From NCBI GenBank assembly GCA_035650735.1, contig DASRGZ010000035.1:1-63125 (forward strand): a stretch of 63,125 nucleotides of DNA, written 5' to 3'. Positions 1 to 9,408 of this stretch are shown here, one piece after another. How positions within the stretch are numbered: position 1 is the stretch's first letter; each line of letters begins with the position of its first letter. The translations under genes and the position numbers were made by a program. A model generated the notes under the pieces. It saw only the letters and a list, made by a program, of their open reading frames with translations, was not told where the DNA came from and searched no databases. This DNA is from Chthonomonadaceae bacterium (lineage in GTDB: Bacteria; Armatimonadota; Chthonomonadetes; Chthonomonadales; Chthonomonadaceae).

Positions 1-1
1 C

Positions 2-586
2 GCCCTGGACGACCTCATCCGGCAGGGCAAGGTGCGCTATATCGGCACCAGCACCTTCGCCGCCTGGCAGGTCGTCGAAAGCCTCTGGGCCTCTAAGGAA
101 TTGGGCCTGAACCGCTTTGTCTGCGAGCAGCCGCCCTATAATCTTTTGGACCGGCGCATTGAGCGCGAACTGCTGCCGGTGGCTCGCACCTATGGCCTCG
201 GAATCATCCCCTGGAGTCCGCTGGCGGGCGGAAAGCTGACCGGCAAGTACCATCGCGGCCAGCCGGCCCCACCCAACTCGCGCGAAGACCCCTCCAAGTT
301 CAGCGAGGGGACATGGCGCGTGCTGGAGGGATTAGAGGCGCTGTGCCGGGACAAAGGCTGCACCATGACGGCCTTCGCCAATGCCTGGTGCGCTGCGCAG
401 CCGGGCGTGACCAGCCCCATCATCGGCCCCAACAGCGTCGCGCAGTTGGAGGAGAACCTGACGGCCTCTGAGGTGACGATCACGGACGAGGACAAGAAGC
501 GCGTGGATGAGCTGATTTCTCCCGGCGAGCATGTGCCGGGACAGAGCTACTACAACGCCGACTTCGGCCCGGACGCGCGATGGTAA
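2..586 (+). CDS. aldo/keto reductase (5' end outside the window)
   Basis: GKVRYIGTS, EQPPYNLLDR, PWSPLAGGKLTGKY and PIIG motifs; frame is open from the window edge. Confidence 0.9.
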   Translation, partial: ALDDLIRQGKVRYIGTSTFAAWQVVESLWASKELGLNRFVCEQPPYNLLDRRIERELLPVARTYGLGIIPWSPLAGGKLTGKYHRGQPAPPNSREDPSKFSEGTWRVLEGLEALCRDKGCTMTAFANAWCAAQPGVTSPIIGPNSVAQLEENLTASEVTITDEDKKRVDELISPGEHVPGQSYYNADFGPDARW

Positions 587-1518
587 GGCGCAGACCGCGC
601 GCACTGCGTCCCGGCGACACGCTTGGCGTGGCCTCGCCCTCCGGCCCGATAGAGGCGGAGGCGCTGCAAGCGGGCGTGGCGGCGCTGGAGGCGCGCGGTT
701 ACCGGGTCGTGCTGGGAGAGCACGTCCGCGACACGCACCCGCACAACAACTATCTGGCCGGAACGGACGCCGACCGCGCCGCCGACCTCAATGCCCTGTT
801 CGCCCGTGAGGATATCGCCGGAATCCTGTGCGCGCGGGGCGGTTACGGTGCCATGCGCCTGATGGATCACCTGGACTGGCAGGCCATCGCCACCCATCCA
901 AAGGTCTTCGTCGGCTTCAGCGACATTACCAGCCTGCATCTGGCGCTGGAACGCCATGCCGACCTGGTGACCTTTCACGGCCCGACCCTCTTCGGCCTGC
1001 CTAAACTCGACCTGACGGCGGCGGGCGTCTTCTGGCAACTGCTGGAAAGCCCGGAGCCGTTCGGCCCGCTCCCGGCCCCACCGGAGACGATACAGACCCT
1101 CGTGCCCGGCAGCGTTGAGGGCGAGATGGCCGGCGGCTGCCTCTGCCTGCTGGCCCACGCCTGCGGCTCGTCTTTTGCGCCCGACTTCCGGGGCAAGATC
1201 GTGCTGATCGAGGATGTCAACGAGGCCATCTACCGCGCAGATAGAGACCTGACCCAGCTAAAGAACGCCGGGCTGCTGGAGGAGGCCGCCGGGTTCGTCA
1301 TCGGCGCCCTTAGCGACTGGCCCAAGCACGAGGACGATCCGCCGCGCAACACGCCGGAAGCCCTCTGGCGCGACATCTTCGTGCCGCTCGGCAAGCCGAC
1401 CATTGCCGGGTTCCCGTTCGGCCATGTGCCCAATGCGCTTACCCTGCCCCTCGGCGTGCGCGCCCGTCTCGACGCCGACGCCCGCACGCTGACGCTGCTG
1501 GAGCCGGCCACACGCTAG
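580..1518 (+). CDS. LD-carboxypeptidase, peptidase S66 (LdcA/MccF family)
   Basis: ARGGYG, GFSDIT (catalytic Ser), IEDVNE (Glu) and FGH (His) motifs. Confidence 0.9.
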   Translation: MVRRRPRALRPGDTLGVASPSGPIEAEALQAGVAALEARGYRVVLGEHVRDTHPHNNYLAGTDADRAADLNALFAREDIAGILCARGGYGAMRLMDHLDWQAIATHPKVFVGFSDITSLHLALERHADLVTFHGPTLFGLPKLDLTAAGVFWQLLESPEPFGPLPAPPETIQTLVPGSVEGEMAGGCLCLLAHACGSSFAPDFRGKIVLIEDVNEAIYRADRDLTQLKNAGLLEEAAGFVIGALSDWPKHEDDPPRNTPEALWRDIFVPLGKPTIAGFPFGHVPNALTLPLGVRARLDADARTLTLLEPATR

Positions 1519-1537
1519 CAGAAAGGAAACCACGCTT

Positions 1538-2212
1538 ATGCCGCAGAAAGCCCTCTTCGTCGGCGGATGCCCTGCGCCTTATCACCGGCTGGAGCCTATC
1601 GAAGCGCCCGCCCGCGCCCTGCTGGAGAGCCTGGGCCTGGAGGTGACCGTGACCGGCATGTATCATCCCGACGGCGGCGATGCGTTTGTCGGCGACTATT
1701 CGGCCCTCACCGCCGACAACCTGCGCCGGTACGACCTGCTGGTGCTGCATACGACCGGATCGGAGCGGCACGGGGCCGATATAGAGGCCATCGTAGATTT
1801 CGTGGAGAGCGGCAAAGCCCTCGTCGGTATCCATAACGCCACCGATTCCTTTACCAAAGACCCGGAGTTTATTGCCCTGATCGGCGGGCGGTTTCGCACG
1901 CATCCGGCCCCGCTGGATATTACCGTTGAGATCGTGGATAAAACCCATCCCATCACCCAGGGGCTAAACGATTTCACCCTCCGCGACGAGCTCTATCTTT
2001 TTGCCGATTACGATCCGGCGCGCGTGCATCTGCTGGCCCAGACGAGCAGTTACTCTATCGAAGATGGCCCGATCCCTATCTCCTGGGTGCGTGAGCCAGG
2101 CGCGGGCCGGGTCTTCTATATCTCCCTGGGGCACTTCCCGGAGACCTTCTCCGAGCCGAACTTCCAGAGATTCCTGAAGCAGGGCGTGGAGTGGGCGCTA
2201 CGGCGCCGATAA
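1538..2212 (+). CDS. ThuA-like (class I GATase-like) domain protein
   Basis: GKALVGIH, GGRFRTHP, HPITQGL, DELY and GRVFYISLGH motifs; RBS aagga. Confidence 0.85.
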   Translation: MPQKALFVGGCPAPYHRLEPIEAPARALLESLGLEVTVTGMYHPDGGDAFVGDYSALTADNLRRYDLLVLHTTGSERHGADIEAIVDFVESGKALVGIHNATDSFTKDPEFIALIGGRFRTHPAPLDITVEIVDKTHPITQGLNDFTLRDELYLFADYDPARVHLLAQTSSYSIEDGPIPISWVREPGAGRVFYISLGHFPETFSEPNFQRFLKQGVEWALRRR

Positions 2213-2308
2213 GCGGGCATCTTGAATTGGGAGCACGGAATCACCAGGCGGCGGGCCGAGCCTGGCCGCAGGAGATAAATCAGGTAACAGCGTGCAGAGG
2301 AGGCGCAC

Positions 2309-2794
2309 ATGATCACTAAGGTTGCAGGGTTGCAGACCATCCTGGAGATGGGCCTGCCCGATCAGGCCATCCACAGCGACGAGATTCCCTGGGTGCCGCA
2401 GGGAGATCGGGTCTGGTTCAAACCGCTGCGCTTCGACCTGACCAACGGGCGCTGGGTGAACCTGCTCAAGGTCACCGGAGGCGGCAGAGTCAACCGGCAC
2501 CGCCACAGCGGCGGGCAGGTGCTCGGCTTCTGCCTGCAGGGAAGCTGGCACTACCTGGAGCGGGAGTGGGTCGCGCGACCCGGCACCTTCATCTATGAGC
2601 CGCCCGGCGATATTCACACGCTGGTCGTGGATGAGGCTGAGGAGATGATCACGCTGTTTCTTCTGGAGGGCGTGATCCAATACCTGGATGACGAGGATAA
2701 CCTGATTTACCAGGATGACGTCTTCACCAAGATGGAGCGCTATCTGAACTTCTGCCGACAGCAGGGCATCCAACCACAAGACCTGCGCTACTGA
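2309..2794 (+). CDS. cupin, 2,4'-dihydroxyacetophenone dioxygenase-like
   Basis: RHRH...GSWHYLE...YEPPGDIHTL cupin metal ligands; RBS ggagg. Confidence 0.8.
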   Translation: MITKVAGLQTILEMGLPDQAIHSDEIPWVPQGDRVWFKPLRFDLTNGRWVNLLKVTGGGRVNRHRHSGGQVLGFCLQGSWHYLEREWVARPGTFIYEPPGDIHTLVVDEAEEMITLFLLEGVIQYLDDEDNLIYQDDVFTKMERYLNFCRQQGIQPQDLRY

Positions 2795-2809
2795 GGGCGC
2801 CTTTCTTTA

Positions 2810-2950
2810 CCTAACCCCACCCGTCGCTGCGCGACTCCCTTCCCTAATTCGCCGCTAACGCGGTAGGGAAGGGGGTGACCCGGCTTCTGCTCTCCTCTCC
2901 CCTGTTCTTGGGGTGGGGCCTCTCCCCTCTCCTTGAGAAGGAGAGGGGAC
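2810..2950. repeat. cluster of CCCTCTCC..GGAGAGGG-type palindromic repeats
   Basis: cccttcccta/tagggaaggg and cccctctcctt/aaggagagggg stems; same family recurs at about 19360, 22310-22430, 46066, 51468 and 62939. Confidence 0.7.
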
Positions 2951-2961
2951 GGCATCTGAAC

Positions 2962-3729
2962 ATGATCCTCGACGCCTTCAAACTCGATGGCAAGGTGGCC
3001 CTGGTGACGGGCGCGGCGCGTGGCCTGGGCGAAGCGCTGGCGCTTGGGCTGGCCGAGGCTGGGGCCGATGTGGCCGTTCTTGACCGCCTGGCCCCGGAGG
3101 AATGTGTGCGCCAGATCACGGCCCTGGGCCGTCGCGCCTATGGCCTCACGCACGACCTGGCAGGCATGACGCCCAATAGGGCGGACCGGATCGTCGAGGA
3201 GTGCGCGGCGCAGCTTGGCCGGCTGGATATTCTCGTTAACAACGCGGGCATCATCCGCCGCGCCCCCGCCGTCGAGTTCCGTCCGGAGGACTGGGAGGCA
3301 GTGCTGGACATCAACTTGAGCAGCGCCTTCTATCTCAGCCAGGCCGCCGCCCGCCACTTCCTCGCCTCCGGTCATAGCGGCAAGATCATCCATATCGCCT
3401 CGATGCTCTCCTTTCAGGGCGGGCTGTATGCGCCCTCCTATGCCGCCGCAAAGAGCGGCCTGGCCGGGCTGACGCGCGCGCTGGCTAACGAGTGGGCCGC
3501 ATCCGGCATCAACGTCAACGCCATCGCGCCCGGCTACATGACCACAGAAGTCACCGCCGCACTCCGGGCCGATCCGGAACGCAGCGCGTCGGTGCTGGCG
3601 CGCATCCCGGCAGGGCGCTGGGGCGAGCCTGCTGACCTCAAGGGCGCGGTTGTCTTTCTTGCCTCCCAAGCCGCCGACTACCTGCACGGCGCCATCCTGC
3701 CCGTAGATGGTGGCTGGCTGGCCCGCTGA
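2962..3729 (+). CDS. kduD: 2-dehydro-3-deoxy-D-gluconate 5-dehydrogenase (SDR family)
   Basis: MILDAFKLDGKVALVTG start, NNAGIIRR, ASMLSFQGG, YxxxK, and the VDGGWLAR end typical of KduD. Confidence 0.85.
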   Translation: MILDAFKLDGKVALVTGAARGLGEALALGLAEAGADVAVLDRLAPEECVRQITALGRRAYGLTHDLAGMTPNRADRIVEECAAQLGRLDILVNNAGIIRRAPAVEFRPEDWEAVLDINLSSAFYLSQAAARHFLASGHSGKIIHIASMLSFQGGLYAPSYAAAKSGLAGLTRALANEWAASGINVNAIAPGYMTTEVTAALRADPERSASVLARIPAGRWGEPADLKGAVVFLASQAADYLHGAILPVDGGWLAR

Positions 3730-3753
3730 TTATTGCCAGGGACAGAGCACGGA

Positions 3754-4209
3754 TTATCCGTTGGGCTGGCCTCGAAGCGGAAACGCTTCCAAAGCGGCGT
3801 CAATCTGGTTCAACAGGGCAGGCAGATAGGTCTGGTCGTTTGCGATTTCCAGCGTTAGCCTTGCTCCTACTCCCGCAGGGTAGATGAGTTTGACTGTCCA
3901 GCGGATGTGACCCAATCTGTCCACCTCGGCGACAAGCTCAAGAAAGCCGTCCATCGCTTTCCACTCGATACGGCCCTCCAATGTAGCGTGCATTTTCGCT
4001 AGCTCTTCCCGCAGCCAGACTAACTCTTGCAGATGGACGCCTTCGGTGAAGTCGGCCTGGAACCCAGGCGCAGTAGCCTGAAAGCGCGTAACGACCCAGT
4101 TGCCATCCCAGTAGTCTTCATTGTCCGGATATTGGCGACGCAACAGTTCCAGGGTCAAACGGGCATTATTGTCGTGAATGCAAATAGATTGAGTAGTAGG
4201 TGTCGCCAT
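3754..4209 (-). CDS. hypothetical protein resembling WapI-type immunity proteins
   Basis: DYWDGNW...DQTYL pattern; visibly lower GC than its neighbours. Confidence 0.55.
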   Translation of the reverse strand: MATPTTQSICIHDNNARLTLELLRRQYPDNEDYWDGNWVVTRFQATAPGFQADFTEGVHLQELVWLREELAKMHATLEGRIEWKAMDGFLELVAEVDRLGHIRWTVKLIYPAGVGARLTLEIANDQTYLPALLNQIDAALEAFPLRGQPNG

Positions 4210-4220
4210 AGATTAACCGG

Positions 4221-5852
4221 TCAAGCACGGCGGAGGACTTTGCCGGGAAGCGCGCCGGTCGGCTGGTCGCCCTCTTTGACGGCAACCCCGTTGACAAACA
4301 CGTAAGGAATGCCTATCGGATAGCGCAGCGGGTCCTCAAAGGTGGCTATATCGTGGACGGTCGCCGGGTCAAACACAACGATGTCGGCAGCATAGCCTTT
4401 CTGTAACAATCCCCGCTGCTTCAACCCCAGGCGAGCGGCAGGCATTCCGGTCATCTTGTGAACGGCTTGCTCCAGCGGGATAATCTTCTCTTCACGGACG
4501 TAGCGGCCTAGCACGCGCGGGAACGTGCCGTACAGGCGCGGATGCGTCTTGCCGGGCAGATGCAGGCCGTCGCTGCCGACCATCTGATGCGGCCAGCGCA
4601 GAATATCCCGGACGTTGCCTTCGTGGGCGGCATGCTGGACGTAGCAGGCGCGCAGATTGTCCTCTTCCAGCAGAGCGCAGATCCACTCCGGTACGCTCAT
4701 GCCGCGCGCCGCCGCGACCGCATCGAACGTCTGTCCTTCGAACGGGCCATTGATGGACGATACCGTTCCAACGAGCATAAAGCGATTCCAATCGGCGCGG
4801 GGCTGGCCGGTTTCGGAATGCAGGCGGAGGGCTTCGACAATGCGGGCGCGAGTCTGCGGGTCCGCCAGGCGGCGCAGGATGGCTTCCGGGCCGCCGTCTA
4901 CCGCCCAGGAGGGCAGCAGCGACTGCACAAAGGTCGATCCGGCGGTGTAGGGATAGGTGTCGCAGGTCACATCCACCCCCTCGGCGATGGCCCTTTCCAG
5001 CAGTTCCAACAACTGCGGCGCACGCCCGGCATTATCAGGCCCGTTCATCTGAAGGTGGGCGATCTGGACGGGCACTTCGGCCTCACGCGCTATCGCCAGG
5101 CTCTCCTCGGTCGCCTGGAAGATGTTTTTGCCGTAGTCGCGCTGATGGGTGGCGAAGAACCCGGCGGCACGGCAGATGGCGACCAGTTCCGCGCGGTCGG
5201 CGGCGCGCATCGGCGCGTACCAGATGCCGGTGCTCAATCCCCAGGCGCCCTCCTCCATGCCCTGCTCGACCATCGCGCGCATCCGGGCCACCTCCTCGGC
5301 GTCGGCGGGCCGCTCCGCCATGCCCATCACGGAGACGCGCACTGCACCGTGCGGGATGAGGTAGGCCATGTTGACGCCGATGCCCTGCGACTCATAGCGG
5401 CTCAGGAAGTCGGCCACCGTGCGCCAGTTCCAATCCACGCGCGGCCTGCCGCCCTTCTGTTCCTGACCCGCTTCTCCCTCAGGGCCGCTGCCATCGTCGC
5501 CGAAAAGCCCGGCGATGTAGCGGCGCTGTATCTCCAGGCCCTCTTCCGTTACGGGCGCAAACCCGAGGCCGCAGTTGGTAAAGATCTCCGTGGTGACGCC
5601 CTGCATCACTTTCGGCAGGTGCTCCGGGCGGACCATCAGGGCAATATCAGCGTGCGTGTGAATATCAATAAAGCCTGGCACGACGACCTGGCCGCTGGCA
5701 TCTATCGTGCGTGCCGCCTGGGCCTCCGGCGGAATCGAGCCGATCTCGGCAATCGTATCGCCGGCGACGCCAATATCGCCCTCAAACGCCGGACGGCCCG
5801 TGCCATCCATAATCCGACCGTGACGAATCAGCAGATCAAAGGTATTAGCCAT
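4221..5852 (-). CDS. N-acyl-D-amino-acid deacylase (amidohydrolase)
   Basis: PGFIDIHTH, GSDG, HPRLYGTFPRVLG and ADIVVFD motifs; start MANTFD follows aaggaagg. Confidence 0.9.
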   Translation of the reverse strand: MANTFDLLIRHGRIMDGTGRPAFEGDIGVAGDTIAEIGSIPPEAQAARTIDASGQVVVPGFIDIHTHADIALMVRPEHLPKVMQGVTTEIFTNCGLGFAPVTEEGLEIQRRYIAGLFGDDGSGPEGEAGQEQKGGRPRVDWNWRTVADFLSRYESQGIGVNMAYLIPHGAVRVSVMGMAERPADAEEVARMRAMVEQGMEEGAWGLSTGIWYAPMRAADRAELVAICRAAGFFATHQRDYGKNIFQATEESLAIAREAEVPVQIAHLQMNGPDNAGRAPQLLELLERAIAEGVDVTCDTYPYTAGSTFVQSLLPSWAVDGGPEAILRRLADPQTRARIVEALRLHSETGQPRADWNRFMLVGTVSSINGPFEGQTFDAVAAARGMSVPEWICALLEEDNLRACYVQHAAHEGNVRDILRWPHQMVGSDGLHLPGKTHPRLYGTFPRVLGRYVREEKIIPLEQAVHKMTGMPAARLGLKQRGLLQKGYAADIVVFDPATVHDIATFEDPLRYPIGIPYVFVNGVAVKEGDQPTGALPGKVLRRA

Positions 5853-5935
5853 CGGGAGATCCTTCCTTTCGTTGGGTGACGCCAAAATTAAGGACCGAAG
5901 CGTTGATCGACCTGGCGGCTGCGGTGCCGCTGCGT

Positions 5936-5965
5936 TTGACAGCATCCTGCCCGGCGTGATACTAT
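5936..5965 (+). promoter_or_regulatory. sigma70-type promoter of tyrS
   Basis: TTGACA-N18-TACTAT with an extended TG. Confidence 0.65.
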
Positions 5966-6110
5966 AGCGTTGCCTTGCAACAGGGATATACTTTGTGCTG
6001 TCTATGTTTCATAATAGCAGGCAACACAGAAACGCGGTAGAACCCCGCTAAGCGTGATCGCCTCTCGCAGGCTTCCTCTTAAGCCTTGGTTTCATGCGGG
6101 GCTACCTTAA

Positions 6111-7388
6111 ATGCTGAGGATAGTCGTTTTGAACTGGGAAGGACTCACACCACAAGAGCAACAGCAAATTCAACAGCAGGCCGCGCTCCTAAAGCGGGGC
6201 ACGCTCGGCGTCGTCCCGGAAAACGGCCTGGAGGAGAAGCTCGCCAGGTCGCTGCGCGCGGGCCAGCCGCTGCGCATTAAGCTGGGCCTCGACCCGACCG
6301 CCCCGGATATTCACCTGGGTTTTGCGGTCGTGCTGCGCAAGCTGCGCCAGTTTCAGGATCTGGGGCATCAGGTCATCCTGATTATTGGGGACTATACCGC
6401 CCTCATCGGCGACCCTTCGGGCCGGTCGGCGATGCGCCCCATGCTCTCCCCGGAACAGATAAAGGAGAACGCGCGCACGTATGTGGATCAGCTCGCGCGC
6501 ATCCTCGACCGCGACAAGACCCAGGTGCGCTTCAACAGCGAATGGCTGGGCAAATTAACGTTCGCCGACATCATTCAACTTACCTCCAAGATGACGCTCG
6601 CCCAGGTCTTGCAGCGGGAGGATTTTGCCAATCGCTACGCGCAGGGCCTGCCCATCAGCCTGCACGAGCTGCTCTATCCGCTGGCGCAAGCCTACGACTC
6701 GGTGGTCATCGAGGCCGATATCGAGATGGGCGGCCAGGACCAGACCTTCAACATCCTGGCCGGGCGCGACCTACAGCGCGAGATGGGCCAGGAACCGCAG
6801 GTGGCGCTGTTCATGCCTCTGCTCGTCGGATTAGATGGCGTTAAGAAGATGAGCAAGTCGCTGGGCAACTACGTCGGCATTGCCGAGTCGCCCGACGTGA
6901 TGTACGGCAAGCTCATGTCCATCTCCGACGCCATGATGCGCGACTACTTTGTGCTCTGTACGGATGTGCCGCTGGAAGAGATAGACCGTCTGCTGCGCGA
7001 GGCCGGATCGGGCCGGGTCAACCCCAAGGATGTCAAGGCGCGTCTGGCGCGCGAAATCATCGCCCTCTATCACGGTATGCCCGCCGCCGAAGCCGCTGAG
7101 GCCGAGTGGCAGCGCGTCCATTCCGCGGGCGAGCTGCCCTCCGAAATGCCGGAGGTCGTCCTGAAGCCGGAGGTCGCCCGCGAGGGCAAAGTCTGGGTCT
7201 GTCGGCTGCTGGTGGTAGCAGGCATGGCCAAAGGCACCGGCGAGGCGCGTCGCCTGATTGAGCAGGGAGGCGTGACCCTCAACGGAGAAAAGATCGCCGA
7301 CGCCAATGCCGAGTTGCCCCTGGCGGAACTGAATGAGGCGGTGCTGCGGGTAGGGCCGCGTCGGTTCGTGCGTCTCAAAGTAGGATAG
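6111..7388 (+). CDS. tyrS: tyrosine--tRNA ligase
   Basis: GLDPTAPDIHLG (HIGH motif), KMSKS, C-terminal S4 domain; alternative start TTG at 6129 after gagga. Confidence 0.97.
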   Translation: MLRIVVLNWEGLTPQEQQQIQQQAALLKRGTLGVVPENGLEEKLARSLRAGQPLRIKLGLDPTAPDIHLGFAVVLRKLRQFQDLGHQVILIIGDYTALIGDPSGRSAMRPMLSPEQIKENARTYVDQLARILDRDKTQVRFNSEWLGKLTFADIIQLTSKMTLAQVLQREDFANRYAQGLPISLHELLYPLAQAYDSVVIEADIEMGGQDQTFNILAGRDLQREMGQEPQVALFMPLLVGLDGVKKMSKSLGNYVGIAESPDVMYGKLMSISDAMMRDYFVLCTDVPLEEIDRLLREAGSGRVNPKDVKARLAREIIALYHGMPAAEAAEAEWQRVHSAGELPSEMPEVVLKPEVAREGKVWVCRLLVVAGMAKGTGEARRLIEQGGVTLNGEKIADANAELPLAELNEAVLRVGPRRFVRLKVG

Positions 7389-7438
7389 CGCTAACATAAT
7401 GGGGGCGGTTGTGACCGGCAGTTCCCGGGAGGAATGCC

Positions 7439-9199
7439 ATGAGAGCCGCATCGGAGTCATCAGGACAGCCGAGGGGAAGTATACAGGCGCCGCAGCGCGC
7501 CGGGCCAATAACGCACCTCGTGCAGGCCGCCGCGCTGGCCCTGTGGGGCTGTGCTCTGTTGGGGATCGTCGCCCTGGTCTGGATAGGATGGCAGCCGCGC
7601 CCCAATCGGCCATTTCCGCGCGCTTATCGGGATGGAGGCGGCGTGCTGGGGGGATTCCGGGGGATGGGAAGCTATCCCATCGGCCCCAGCTTCTCCATGC
7701 GCTCGCAATATGGATTCTATGGCAGGGACCCGAGCGGCTGGTATAGCGTCCGGATGCTGCCGCAGCCGGAGCCACGCTACGTCGCCAATCTGGCCGACCG
7801 GGTGGGCGATTACTGCGTCTCCGTGCGGCAGGTTGTTGCGGGCGACGACCGCCTCACCCTGTACCAGAATGTGCCTCCGACGGCGCCGCGCAGGCCATTA
7901 GGGGGTCTGGTGGTCAGCGTGCAGGTGATGGCGGCGCGGCAGGAAGCCCTCGGGCGCATTCGGGAATTCGCCCGACATCTCACCGCCACCGACGATACCG
8001 GGCAGCGCCTGACGACGCAGGATGTCTCCCCCGTCGTCGCATTTCCCAGGGGCCTGGCACGCCTGGTGCATCTGAGCGCTCCCGCGCCCCGGGCGCGCTT
8101 CCTCGTCAGCCTGGAGGGCGACCTGCGGCTGGTCGGTTCCGGCGCGAGACCGCTGCATCCCTTGGCACGCCTAGCCGGCGCAAGCGGCTTCCGGCCAGAT
8201 GGAGAGCGGCGCGCACCTGCCCGAGACCATCAGGCAGGCGAGCCGCCCGTCCGGGTCGTGCCGTTTCATTGCGCTGCCGTACCGCTACCCGGCGCCCATC
8301 ACCTCTTCGGCCTGGCCGCCGCCCGGTTCCTGCCTCCCGCGATGGCTGCCGGCCTGAAGGCGGAAACGGACGCGTCGCAGGGCGTGCGCGTGCTGACGGG
8401 AAGGCAAATCAAGGCGTTGCGCCGCCTGTTTCCGCCCTACACGCGGGAGCCGGGGCCGTTTGCGCTGCCCACGCGCCTGATCCTCGTGCCGGATGTTGCC
8501 AATTCCTTCCTGCTGTCGGCGCCCGCGTTATCCAATCGCACCCGGACGCCGGTAAGGCTCGCCTGCCGCCTGACGCCCCATTCCGGCCCGGATGGCGAGA
8601 TACGCCTGCAACTGACCGTGACGCGCGCCGGCGGCCTCATCCCCCTGGCGCGCGCAGACCTGCGCGCCTGGGATAACGCGCCCCTCATTCTGATCCTGCC
8701 GGCCCGCGGTGGCGCGGGGCAAATCTCGGCGCAGCCTCCCCTGGCGCTGCTGCTTCACCTCTATCTGGACATGCCCCCGACAAACAGTATCTCCCTGGAT
8801 GCAGAGTCGCTTCCCTTCAAGGCATCGCGTGAAGAGCGCGGCGGCGCGATCACCGGCGCGGCGCAGGCCGGCAGGCAGCCGCTAGGCCTCGGCACGGCCC
8901 GTGTCAAAATCAGCCGCACGGATGGGCAAGCGGCGAGCTCGGAGACCCCGGTTGTAACACAGGCCGCATTGGATCAGGAAGGACGTTGGCGGCTGGGAAA
9001 CCTCTCTCCGGGACGATATCGCGTCCAATTGCTGGAGGTGAACCCCTATATCAGCCCGGCCACCGTGCCAACCTCGCCCTGGAACTATTTGCGCCGCCGC
9101 TTCGGCGTCACGCAGCACGCCTGGCAGCATGCGACGCAGGACAATGTGATCGTGCGCGCCGGCGGCGAGGCGAGTCTACTTCCCTGGCAGGCCCAATAG
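7439..9199 (+). CDS. hypothetical membrane-anchored protein with a C-terminal carboxypeptidase-regulatory-like beta-sandwich
   Basis: N-terminal TM helix; C-terminal DQEGRWRLGNLSPGRYRV motif. Confidence 0.6.
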   Translation: MRAASESSGQPRGSIQAPQRAGPITHLVQAAALALWGCALLGIVALVWIGWQPRPNRPFPRAYRDGGGVLGGFRGMGSYPIGPSFSMRSQYGFYGRDPSGWYSVRMLPQPEPRYVANLADRVGDYCVSVRQVVAGDDRLTLYQNVPPTAPRRPLGGLVVSVQVMAARQEALGRIREFARHLTATDDTGQRLTTQDVSPVVAFPRGLARLVHLSAPAPRARFLVSLEGDLRLVGSGARPLHPLARLAGASGFRPDGERRAPARDHQAGEPPVRVVPFHCAAVPLPGAHHLFGLAAARFLPPAMAAGLKAETDASQGVRVLTGRQIKALRRLFPPYTREPGPFALPTRLILVPDVANSFLLSAPALSNRTRTPVRLACRLTPHSGPDGEIRLQLTVTRAGGLIPLARADLRAWDNAPLILILPARGGAGQISAQPPLALLLHLYLDMPPTNSISLDAESLPFKASREERGGAITGAAQAGRQPLGLGTARVKISRTDGQAASSETPVVTQAALDQEGRWRLGNLSPGRYRVQLLEVNPYISPATVPTSPWNYLRRRFGVTQHAWQHATQDNVIVRAGGEASLLPWQAQ

Positions 9200-9204
9200 A
9201 AGGG

Positions 9205-9320
9205 AATCCACAGGATTACACAGATTAGCACAGATTAAGGTAATCCCTCCCAACGGTGTGGACGTATCTCCGCAGCAGCAGGCTGCTTGAGATTGATCAA
9301 CACGGCTGGGAGTGTCTACC
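9205..9320 (+). repeat. left composite inverted repeat (ACAGATT 9-mer array plus GGTA..TACC palindrome)
   Basis: approximate reverse complement of 11384-11515. Confidence 0.8.
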
Positions 9321-9408
9321 CAGATTAAAGACCCAGGAAGAATACGGATAGGCAGGGCAAGAAGCATATAAGGAAGTCTCGTCGGATCGTGGGTAGGGGC
9401 AGGCGGGC

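Noticed and set aside
2875..2961. N-terminal extensions in the ORF track (kduD, purH to 19036, barrel gene to 22650, M48 to 13107)
   Set aside because: they run through repeats, a riboswitch platform, promoters or another gene; downstream starts fit better
4542..5879. long antisense ORFs (also 17678-19189, 35840-36913, 46029-47474, 56040-57653)
   Set aside because: shadows of GC-rich genes on the other strand, with no motifs or RBS
5969..6110. T-box riboswitch upstream of tyrS
   Set aside because: no T-box bulge consensus, AGTA/GNTG boxes or terminator
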